Below, in pieces: positions 28,401 to 40,400 of a stretch of DNA of 64,000 nt. This DNA comes from Pristiophorus japonicus (Eukaryota). The stretch spans positions 210,924,001-210,988,000 of the forward strand of contig NC_091984.1 in assembly GCF_044704955.1 (NCBI RefSeq). The letters run 5' to 3'. Position 1 is the first letter of the stretch. Every line of letters begins with the position of its first letter. The notes beneath the pieces are model-generated. The model saw nothing but the letters and a program-made list of their open reading frames with translations. It had not been told where the DNA came from and did not search any database. Position numbers and translations under genes: made by a program.

Positions 28401-31400
28401 TTCCCTACTTCTTCCCTGCCAATGTGGACCACTTCCCATACCTTGGGACCTACTATCAGCAAGGGCAGACATCGATGACTAAGTCCAACACCGTCTTCAG
28501 TCGCCTGAGGAAAAGAGAGCGTTCGAAGACCAGGATCTCAAACCCAGCACCAAGCTCACGGTCTACAAAGCAGTAGTGATACCCACCCTCCTATCTGCTT
28601 CAGAGACATGGACTATGTACAGTAGGCACTTCAAAGCACTGGAGAAGGACCAACACAGCCTCTGCAAATTCCTGCAAAATCATTGGCAGGATAGGCGTAC
28701 CATCAGCGTTCCCTCTCTCTCAGGCCAACATCCCCAGCAATGAGGCATTGACCACGCTTGACCAGCTCCGGTGGACAGGCCACGTTGTCCGCATGCCTGA
28801 TGCTAGACTCCCGAAACAAGTACTCTACTCGGAGGCTATGTCACGGCAGGCAAGTCCCAGGAGGGCAGAGAAAACGCCTCCTTGAAAAAAATGCAACATC
28901 CCCACTGACTCTTGGGAATCCCTGGCCCAAGACTGCTCAAAGTGGACGAGGAGAATCAGAAAAGGCACCGAACACTTAGAGTCTCTTCTTCGGGTGCACG
29001 CGGAAGCCAAGCACAAATAGCGGAAGGCGGGTACAACAAATCAAGCACCCCATCCACCCAACCACCGTCCACCCCATCTGTGACAGAAACTGTAAATCCC
29101 ACATTGGTCTCATCAGTCATTTAGAACTCATTTTAGTGTGGAAGCAAGTCACCCTCGATTCCTGGGGACTGCATAAGAGAAGATAGTGGAGCCACAACTA
29201 ACTGCGTCACTCCTGGGCTAGGTGAGGGCACTATCAAGCTGAGGCACGATGCACTTCAGTACCTGCTTCTGCCAAGCCGCTGCAGGTTCCCCGCTCAGGC
29301 CCCAATTAAAATTGCATCAGGATCCTATTGATAAATTGGATAAATTTGAGGCACCTGCCTGGATGTCTCAACTGCCTGCAATACCCTGCAGGTTAAAACT
29401 GGAAACTGTTGGGATCGGAGCAGGCGCGTAACCTGCTCGTTTTTAAATGTGCACCTACCCGGTGGGTAGGATTAAAAATCGATCCCTTATCCACTCTCAA
29501 ATTCTACAGTTTATTATTCTACAGCTTCAACATTAAACAGTATATATAATGCTATGTGTAGATAATGCTTTGAAAATATATTAGCTTGGTAGGCAGTATG
29601 TGTGTACAATTCCAGTATTGTCATTTGATCAATCAGTACTGAATTACTAATGCAATTGTCTAAAGGGTATTTAAAGCAGCCACACTATTAAGTATTTCTA
29701 AAGAGCAAGGGTTGACTTGCACAAGTATAATATACAAAATAATTTTAAAGCAAAAAATATACTGCTTTCCATTGTTCATTAATGGTCTGATGAGAGTTTA
29801 AACACATCAGCATCATACAACACAGGGATTACAAGTACATATCTTCCACACGATTATAGAATCATAGAATTATAGCGTACAGACAGAGGCCCTTTCAATC
29901 TGAGCCGGCTATTTGAAAGAGCTATCCAATTAGTCCAACCCCCTTGCTCTTTCCCCATAGCCCTGTATATTTTTTCTCCAAGTATTTATCCAGTTCACTT
30001 TTGAAAATTATGAATCTGCTTCTACTTCCCTTTCAGGCAGCACATTCCAGATCACAACAATTTGCGCATTAAAAACAAATGTCCTCATGTCACCTCTATA
30101 CTAACATCTGGTAAATACATATTTTGTGGGGGCAGAATGACGACTATGTAAAATGGACATAAAAGGTAGAAAATAATTAGCCAAGGAAAAAAGCAAACCA
30201 GAAACAGTGAACAAAGTGAGATGGATATTAAAGCAGTGAAGACACATGAACTCATTCTTCTACAAACAAACATAGAAACATAGAAAATAGGTGCAGGAGT
30301 AGGCCATTCGGCCCTTTCGAGCCTGCAACACCATTCAATAGGATCATGGCTGATCATGCAACTTCAGTATCCCATTCCTGCTTTCTCTCCATACCCCTTG
30401 ATCCCTTTAGCTGTAAGGGCCACATCTACCTCCCTTTTGAATATACTTAACGAACTGGCCTCAACAACTTTGAGGTAGAGAATTCCACAGGTTCACAATT
30501 CTGAGTGAAGAAGTATCTCCTCATCTCAGTCCTAAATGGCTTACCCCTTATCCTTAGACTGTGACCCCTGGTTCTGGACTTCCCCCAACATCGGGAACAT
30601 TCTTCCTGCATCTAACCTGTCCAATCCCGTCAGAATTTTATATGTTTCTATGAGATCCCCTCTCATTCTTCTAAATTCCATTGAATATAAGCCGAGTTGA
30701 TCCAGTCTTTCATATGTCAGTCCTGCCATCCTGGGAATCAGTCTGGTGAATCTTCGCTGCACTCCCTCAATAGCAAGAATGTCCTTCCTCAGATTAGGAG
30801 ACCAAAACTGTACACAATATTCAAGGTGTGGCCTCACCAAGGCCCTGTATAACTGTAGTAAGACCTTCTTGCTCCTATACTCAAAACCTCTTGCTATGAA
30901 GGCAAAAATGCCAGTTGCCTTCTTCACCACCTGCTGTACCTGTATGCCAACTTTCAATGATTGATGTACCATGACACCCAGGACTCGTTGCACCTCCCCT
31001 TTTACTAATCTGTCACCATTCAGATAATAATCTGCCTTCCTGTTTTTAACCAAAGTGGATAAGCTCACATTTATCTACATTATACTGCATCTGCGATGTA
31101 TTTGCCCACTCACCTAACCTGTCCAAGTCACCCTACAGCCTCTTAGCATCCTCCTCACAGCTGACACTGCCACACAGCTTAGTGTCATCTGTAAACTTGG
31201 GAGATATTACATTCAATTCCTTCGTCTAAATCATTAATGTATATTGTAAATAGCTGGGATCCCAGCACTGAACCTTGCGGTACCCCACTAGTCACTGCCT
31301 GCCATTCTGAAAAGGACCCGTTTATTCCTACTCTTTGCTTCCTGTCTGCCAGTTCTCTATTCATGTCAATACATTAGCCCCAATACCATGTGTTTTAATT

Positions 31401-34400
31401 TTGCACACTAATCTCTTGTGTGGGACCTTGTCAAAAGCCTTTTGAAAGTTTAAATACACCACATCCACTGGTTCTCCCTTGTCCACGCTACTAGTTACAT
31501 CCTCAATAAATTCAAGATGATTTGTCAAGCATGATTTCTCTTTCAAAAATCCATGCTGACTTGGACCTGTCACTGCTTTCCAGATGTGCTGCTATTACAT
31601 CTTTAATAATTGATTCCAACATCTTCCCCACTACCGATGTCAGGCTAACCGATTTATAATTCGCTGTTTGCTCTCTCCCTCCTTTTTTAAAAAGTGGGGT
31701 TACATTAGCTACCCTCCAATCCATAGGAACTGATCCAGAGTCGACAGAATGCTCCACAAAACTCTTACTGGTTTACATGGCGTTTTCTCCCAAAAAAGTT
31801 AAATTAGCTGCAGGATATCGCATCTACCAAATGATTAAGCTCACTACATAGTCTCTTCAGTCAACTTCTCAGAGGTTTGAAATATCATGCATTTGTCAAC
31901 TATGGAAGGAATCATCATCAGAGACTGCTGAAAATGCTGGAACCTGTAAACTAAAATTAATCATTCATTCAATCAGCCACTTTAAAGTGATGAACAAAAA
32001 TGTTAACACTTATTTAGTTTAACATTTTTAGATTCTGTTTCTACTTTAAATTGTAAATACTTCTGGATGACAATCATGCTAATTGATTAATTTGCACTGG
32101 TGAAGATTTGATTCCTGGTTAGGCTGTGGTTATTACTGAGCTACAATAGCTATATTATTCATCCTCTGTGTGGTCCTTCCATTTAAAGTTCATTATCTAC
32201 ATGGTATGTCCACCAGCAAATGGGGAAAAATCACAAGTTAATTTAAGAGCTTGGCCTTTTAGGAAGCAAGGTGAACAAAGTATATTTGATCCTGATTACT
32301 TGTATATGCTGAGACCAGAAAATGCTCAGCTATTTTGAGTGTAAGAAACCCACTACCAGCCCAAGTGGATACTGCTCTGTGGCACTGCATCATACAAATC
32401 CAGAAAGAAAGGTTCAATGCCCAATCTATGCAATTTTGTCTGCTGCAGGAGTTGGGGTGCTTTGAGGATAAGGGTAGGAGAGGGAAGCAGGGGGGAAAAA
32501 AAAAAAAGAGCAAGGTTCCTGCTCCTGACTGTTCTCCGGTGATCTCTCCTGAGCAAGGTACCTCAATTAGATCACCCTTTAATCTTCTATATTCAAGGGA
32601 ATACAACCCTAATTGGTGCAACTTCTCAATTTAACCTTTTTTATCCCTGGTATTGCTCTGATGAAACTGTGCTGCACCCACTCCAAGGCCAATATATCCT
32701 TCCCGAGGTGCAATGCCCTGAACTTAATGCAATATTCCAGATATAGTCTAACCAGAGCTTTATACAACTGTAGCATCTGGTGACTCCCTTTGAAGCTTCT
32801 TTTGGTCTTCTAAATAATTAACTACACCTCCTATTTTGGTATCAGCATAAATTTTTGACAACTCCCTCTAGGCCTATATCCAAATCACTGATAGTGAACA
32901 AATCACCTTCTGGAACACTTCCAATCACTCTGTAAAACTGCCCTAGACTCCAAATCTTGTTTTTGTTAAATCCAGTTTGCTATTACCACCCCCAAATTCC
33001 ATATCCCTCAATCTTCTCCAATAACCTTCTGCCTGGTACCACGTCAAAGACTTTTTTTAAAGTCCATGTGCACCATCTATACTGCATTTGCTTCATCCAC
33101 CATGTCTTATTTCCTCAAATGAATCTGATCTTAACCATTTTTATGCATGTTCACTCAATGTGAAATAAAACAGATTCACTATTTGTAATAAGCCTCACTT
33201 CAAATGTTAATGCTGTGCACTCAGAGATTGAAAGAGTACATGTGCAAAAGACATGAATATCCAGTCCAGGTCACGAAGGGGTATTATTGGTACACCACAG
33301 AGTTAAGCTATTGTGGCAAGTAAATATAGGGCAGTGAGAGTCAACTCCAATTATAGTAAGATGCCCAATCTGCTTACGGGGGTAACAGATGCCACAGGTC
33401 CAGAGAAGGCATGTATTGTAGACTGGAATTTATAACAATCCCCACTTTTAATTTTTTTTTAAACTATATTGACAACTATCCATTGCAACCAACTTTCTAT
33501 CCTAAATTTCTAGGAAATGCTACATTATCACAAAGCAGCTGAAGCACTGGTACAGGTTGAAACTCCCTCATCCGAAACCACCCCTCGTCCAGAACCATTC
33601 CCGGCCACCGGGTGGCGTATGCACAGAACTCCGACATGAACAAATTGATGTCCTTCCTTGCTGCCGACTCCCGCAATCACTGGTCTGCGCCCCCCCCCCC
33701 CCCCCCCCCGCATGATCTCTCTGCCACACACCCAGCCCCAATATCCCCTTGCTCAGTACCTGTACTATCCAATTTAAGGTGACCACACCTCGTCCAGAAA
33801 AATCCCTAACCAGAACAGGCCAGGCCGAGGGTTCCGGATAAGGGAGGTTCAACCTTTGTACAATGTAAATAGTCTGAAGGAAGGATGTAAATTGATATCA
33901 CATATAGCTTGAGTAAAAGCAGAGGATTTAATGCAAGTAGATAATATGGTAAAAGGATCTTCTGTATACAAATATATTGCTTTTCAAGCACCAGCTGAAT
34001 TCAATTCTCACCTATTTCTGTTAAACTGGATTGCAAAGTCAGTCATTACTTGCATGGCTTTGTTCATCAGAGAGATATCCATATAGATATGACCCATGCG
34101 ACGTGAAAATGTGCCAGAAATTTCGAGACCTTTGGCCTTTGCAGCAGGCAACCAAATCTGGTGGAACAAAAATAAATAAATGATGAATTAAAATAGTTTA
34201 ATTGTGGCATTTTTGGGCACCAACAAGGAAAACAAAAGTAAAAGAAATCTTAAATTGTGTTGCATGTCAGTTTTCCAGAAAACATAGTAAGATATCCTGG
34301 AATGCACAAATAATTACAATTATGGAAGTGCGAAAATAAGTTATGCAGTGTATTCTGATCTACTAAAGGCTAAAATTAACTTTCTATATCAAACCAACAC

Positions 34401-37400
34401 CAAATGTATCTGGGTTTTTTTGAAAATTTAGTGGGATTTCTTATTAAAATAGGGCTAATTTCAGCTAAAAATTATTGCATTTGAATTAATGTAAATGTAT
34501 TAGTCAGTCAAATGAGTGGCATGTTAGTTTAACTGACAGCAGCTCAAGATATAAATACCTGTAAATATATTTAATTCCTTAATATTCAGGAGGTGCAAAA
34601 TGACATTTGTTACAAAGAAGCGTAAAACATAACAGAAAACCAGCCTATTTTCAATAGGCCACTGGAATGGGAGATACATTGTAGACAACGTGATTATTAG
34701 GACAATCCTACAATCATGGACATGCATTAAAAATGATAGATTTTCAGAGACACCAAAGATAATACAGCTCAGTACAGTCATTTATTTTCTGATGGTGCAC
34801 TTGCAATCTCATGTTTAAATAAGATATATAGCAAGAACGGCATAACATTACTAATCGTATAGTTCACAGCAATTCACCCTGGAATAAAAGTATACAGTAT
34901 GCATATTGCAAAGGAAATAAATGCTTAAAGCTCCTCAGTGGCTAAATACACCACATCTTCATAATTTACATCCTTGGAAAGGAGCAGCAAAAAATCTCAC
35001 AGCAAGTGCGCCCAATTGTTAGTTAGTGTTCCCTGCTATAAAGGAGCATCTGTTAATGTCTGGAGAGAAGAAAACTAGGTTTGTTGTGATGCCCTAAAGT
35101 TATATAGCCTATGATACTAAGCCACTATCTTAAGAAAAGTAGCTTGAGGGGGGTTGGGGCACACACCATGCAAAACATAGCTCATTACCACATTACATGG
35201 AAATGAGAATGCACAAAAGAGCTGTAAAATGACATGTTATAAAGAAGCGTAGTGATACTGAAACCTATCCACAGCACTTATGCATTTTGCATTCACTTGT
35301 CCTGAATGCAAGAGTGCACTTGTCAAATTGCCAATATTTGTTAGTTCACACCTTCATCATTGTGCAATGTTAAGCCAAGATTAACAAGGCACAAGAAAAA
35401 AATGTGCAATTACATTATAAATGCTACATCTTCTAATTCAAATGGCTTCATCAGGTGGTAAACTCACAATTAGCATTATGGAGCATCGTGTACTATAAAC
35501 ACTACCATTAAAACTCCATTATTTTGCATTTAGCAAGTTTAATAGAACCACAAGGACAAAACAGAGTAAAATGGAAATAAAGCATCACTGGGCATATTTA
35601 AAATATCAAACAGTGTTAACTACCAGTAGTTCAAACCAGATTCATTTGTGGTAGATGTAACTATAGAATTTGGCACTTACAAGCAATGTGGTGGTGCTGA
35701 GTGTTAGAGTACTAACACTCAGAGCCACAGAGTGAGGATGAACGCAGGTTTGATTCCTGCTCCACTCAGTTCCTGATATGAGCCATACTGAGTGGGGAGG
35801 TAACCAGTGAAGGCTGTGTCATCTCCCTGCAGGGGGAAGAAAACAAAATCAGAGGGGATAGCCACACCTGGGCAGACACTTGTTTTTCCTCATAACCAGC
35901 TACAGGGGGCATTGGTGTGGGTGCGGGAGCGGGGCAACAGCTGCTCTCAGCAGTGAGGCACCTAGGCCAGATAGTAAGGAGATAGTATAATCTTTCCTTC
36001 TTGGAAAAAGATCAAAAACAAATAAATAATGCTTACAGTTTTAGGTGCCACATAAGAACCAGATGACATGCCTATTCCACCAGCAAGATCAAACAGGTCA
36101 CTTAAGCCGCCTCCAACTGTTGCATTCAAGGATGCTGGCATGACTGCTGGAGTCCCATAGCCAGCACCAATCTGTATGGATAGCAAAAGATAAATTGGTC
36201 ATATTTCACACAGAACGGGCTCAATTTTCCAGTGATGTGTGTCATTTTTTTGGCACAGGCTGCTATTTTTGGCCGAAGTTTAAAAAATTCAAGTTTCCCC
36301 GATCAATTTCCACCAGTGTAACTCAGTTCCGATTTTTTAAAGGTTTTTTTTTTACAGCCAAAGGGGCCGTACACTGCCACCCGCAGCAATTCTGGCCAGT
36401 TAGGCAAGTTTGGCCAGCTGAGTTACTCCAATTCTTCTTAGGTCAGCATATGTGGCCTCTGTAGAAAAACCTTCTGGTGAGGTAAGGAAATCTGCATAGG
36501 CAAGTGCAGCAGATGCCCGGACAGTAGGAGAGGCAAGAGAGAAGGGGAGAGGGAGAAGCCTTTCGGGTATAATTAGTTGGGGACCAGGAGGGAGGAGGCC
36601 ATTCGGCCTGGGATAGGTGCGGCGGAGCAGGCCAGGAGGCCTTTCGGCCTGGGATAGGTGCGGTGGAGCGGGCCGGGAGGCCATTCGGCCTGGGATAGGT
36701 GCGGTGGAGCGGGCCAGGAGGCCATTCGGCCTGGGATAGGTGCGGCGGAGCGGACCGGGCTGGGAGACAGCCAGCCACTCGGCCAGGGCTAGGTGCGGAA
36801 CCAGGAGAGAGAGGAGGCCACTCGGCCAGGGTTAGGTGCGGGACCAGGAGGGAGGAGGCCACTCTGCCAGGGCTAGGTGCGGGAGGCCCTTCGACCTGGG
36901 ATAGCTGCGGATTCCGGCATCAGGGGGTGGGGGTGGGGGTGGGGGAGGGGCACTTTAATAATTTAATGGTGGCAAGTTGTTCCAATGTATTTTAAGCTGC
37001 TTGTAAAGTTGCTGTAATGTATTTTAATGTGCTTGTGCAGGTTGCAGGCTGGTTGTTCCACTTTTTCAGCCTCAGCCCGCATTTGTGTCCCCGTTTACCG
37101 TGGCAACCCGATCTTTTTGGCACAGATCAAAGCTTCACCCCCCAAAACTAAAGGACAGGCTAGGCTGCGCCAAAATGAAGAAATCAAACCGGGAAACTAG
37201 GAACATTTATTTTTGGCGTACTTGGACCCCAAATAAACAGGCGTAACTTTTCAAGTACGCCAAAAAAAAAGCTTTGGGGAAAATTGAACCCTATAAAACT
37301 AGTTGCTTATTTGCTCTTACTCGTGTGCACTTTTGAAAAAGCAAGGCATTATTACAGGTACTTGATCAGTTTATAGATATTGATGTGTACAAATAATTTC

Positions 37401-40400
37401 AATTTGCTATATTTTATGTATATTCGAAAGAGAAAGTCAAAACTCAAGTTACCAAAAAAAGTTATGCGTGAATGTAGTGAGTTATTAAACATTTTTGAAA
37501 TTCAACTATACCCATGTATACTTTTTTTTTTAAAGTATAATATGCATACTTTTTAAAAAAAAATCACAAAACCAATTCTGTCGTAATGGATTGTGGGCTT
37601 TTCCAATGCACTCAAATTAGACTTGACTTGATGAATGGGCCAAATTTAATTTTACCTGATACCACTTTAAAATGGAAATAACCACCTTCACGAATCATGT
37701 AAATTACTAGCAGATGTCATCATGTCACTGCTCATAGTAAGAAGTAGATGCTGTTTCGTAAGGACAGGAACATTAATATATTATGTATTACATCGTGTGT
37801 TCTTGCTACTAAACTGTAGATGTGTTTCAGGACATTACAACATTCCATAGACTCTGGATCAGTTCCTGTGGAGTGGAGGGTAGCCAATGTAACCCCACTT
37901 TTTAAAAAAAAGGAGGGGGAGAGAAAACAGGGAATTATAGACTGGTCAGCCTGACATCGGTAGTGGGTAAAATGATGGAATCAATTACTAAGGATGTCAC
38001 AGCAGCGCATTTGGAAAGAGGTGATATGATGGGTCCAAGTCAGCATGGATTTGTGAAAGGGAAATCATGCTTGACAAATCTTCTGGAATTTTTTGAGGAT
38101 GTTTCCAGTAGAGTGGACAAGGGAGAACCAGCTGTTGTGGTGTATTTGGAATCAGAAGGCTTTCGACAAGGTCCCACACAAGAGATTAATGTGCAAAGTT
38201 AAAGCACATGGGATTGGGGGTAGTGTGCTGACATGGATTGAGAACTGGTTGGCAGACAGGAAGCAAAGAGTAGGAATAAATGGGGACTTTTCAGAATGGC
38301 AGGCTGTGACTAATGGGGTACTGCAAGGTTCTGTGCTGGGGCCCCAGCTGTTTACATTGTACATTAATGATTTGGACGAGGGGATTAAATGTATCTCCAA
38401 ATTTGCGGATGACACTAAGTTGGGTGGCAGTGTGAGCTGCGAGGAGGATGCTGAGGCTGCAGAGTGACTTGGATAGGTTAGGTGAGTGGGCAAATGCATG
38501 GCAGATGAAGTATAATGTGGATAAATGTGAGGTTATCCACTTTGGTTGTAAAAACAGAGAGACAGACTATTATCTGAATGGTGACAGATTAGGTAAAGGG
38601 GAGGTGCAACGAGACCTGGGTGTCATGGTACATCAGTTATTGAAGGTTGGCATGCAGGTACAGCAGGCGGTTAAGAAAGCAAATGGCATGTTGGGCCTTC
38701 ATAGCGAGGGGATTTGAGTACAGGGGCAGGGAAGTGTTACTACAGTTGTACAGGGCCTTGGTGAGGCCACACCTGGAGTATTGTGTACAGTTTTGGTCGC
38801 CTAACCTGAGGAAGGACATTCTTGCTATTGAGAGAGTGCAGCGAAGGTTCACCAGTCTGATTCCTGGGATGGCGGGACAGACATATCAAAAAAGACTGGG
38901 CTTGTATTCACTGGAGTTCAGAAGAATGAGAAGGGATCTCATAGAAACGTTTAAAATTCTGACAGGTTAGATGCAGGAAGAATGTTCCCAATGTTGGGGA
39001 AGTCCAGAACCAGGGGTCACAGTCTAAGGATAAGGGGTAAGCCATTTAGGACCGAGATGAGGAGAAACTTCTTCACCCAGAGAGTGGTGAACCTGTGGAA
39101 TTCTCTACCACAGAAAGTTGTTGAGGCCAATTCACTAAATATATTCAAAAAGGAGTTAGATGAAGTCCTTACTACTAGGGGGATCAAGGGGTATGGCGAG
39201 AAAGCAGGAATAGGGTACTGAAGTTGCATGTTCAGCCATGAACTCATTGAATGGCAGTGCAGGCTCGAAGGGCCGAATGGCCTACTCCTGCACCTATTTT
39301 CTATGTTTCTATTACAATGTGTAATTGCCCTGCATTCTTGAATCAATGTTTGCATCAGTTACAGTTCAACCTGGCTTTCTTTACCCTTTTAAAAAAAAAG
39401 TGTTTAAGACCATAAAGTAAACTGTTAAGAATCAAGGCTGATGTGAACAAGAGTTCAACACTTTTTTTTTCTGGTCAGGGGATTGTGCAGACAGAAAGTG
39501 TGTTCGTTTCTGTTGTAGATCAGAAGCAAACAGTAAGTCTTGGGATTTTTTTTCTCTTTTTACAAAAAAAAGTGTGCATGTGGCATATCATTTTTCATAT
39601 ATTTGTGAAAGATATGCAACTTACTGCTGGACTTCCACTTAGATCTCCACCAAGCTAAAAAAAAGAGAAACATAAAATAGTTTGGTTACACAATGCATAT
39701 GAAAATAAAAATGATAAGTGCAAATATTATCCTAACATCTAAAACATTGATTTTCTCCACCAATAAGTTCAAATTATTGGAACTAGTGTGATAAGTTATT
39801 ATACAATCCATAAAACTATAATTAGCCTGCAATTTTAACTTAAAAACAAAAATCAACAGCCAAAAGGACAGAGGATCATACCCCTTCAGTCTCATCGCCC
39901 ATCTCCAGACACGAATACGCAAAGACAGAGGCAACGCAAGGACATTCACATGCAAGCAGAAGTGGAGTGAAAAAAAAGGAACAGCATAAATTCAAAGAAG
40001 AAAACACAGCATTAGTATACGTACATCAGCTATAGCTACTAAAAGCATATTAACTAAAAGGAAACATTAATTCAGTGTTGACTCAACAATGTCAAGTGTA
40101 CAATATTTCAGTGCATCTGTTGAATTTTTAAAGTTCTGTAATTTGTTAAAGCAGCTTGACATAACTGTTAAAATCTAAATGTCAACATACCAGCGATAGA
40201 TAACTATTAGCTAAGGCAACATTGGAAAAGAGGAGGTAAAATATTCTACAAAAACAATGAAAGTAAGTTGATTAATAATGTGTTCTAATTATTACATTGA
40301 AGACTTTTACGAAAATGTTGGACAGATGAAATTTAAAAAGTTATTCTGCTTTTAAGTCCTATGCAAATGTTACGCTCCAGAAATTCGAAGAGAGACTAAA

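Noticed and set aside
36590-36910. Palindromic regularly spaced repeats as a CRISPR array
   Set aside because: Units are head-to-tail with no unique spacers, no cas genes are present and the context is a vertebrate intron.
36400-36995. Proline-rich repetitive ORFs on both strands
   Set aside because: Artefacts of the GC-rich 41-bp minisatellite, whose unit length is not a multiple of three.
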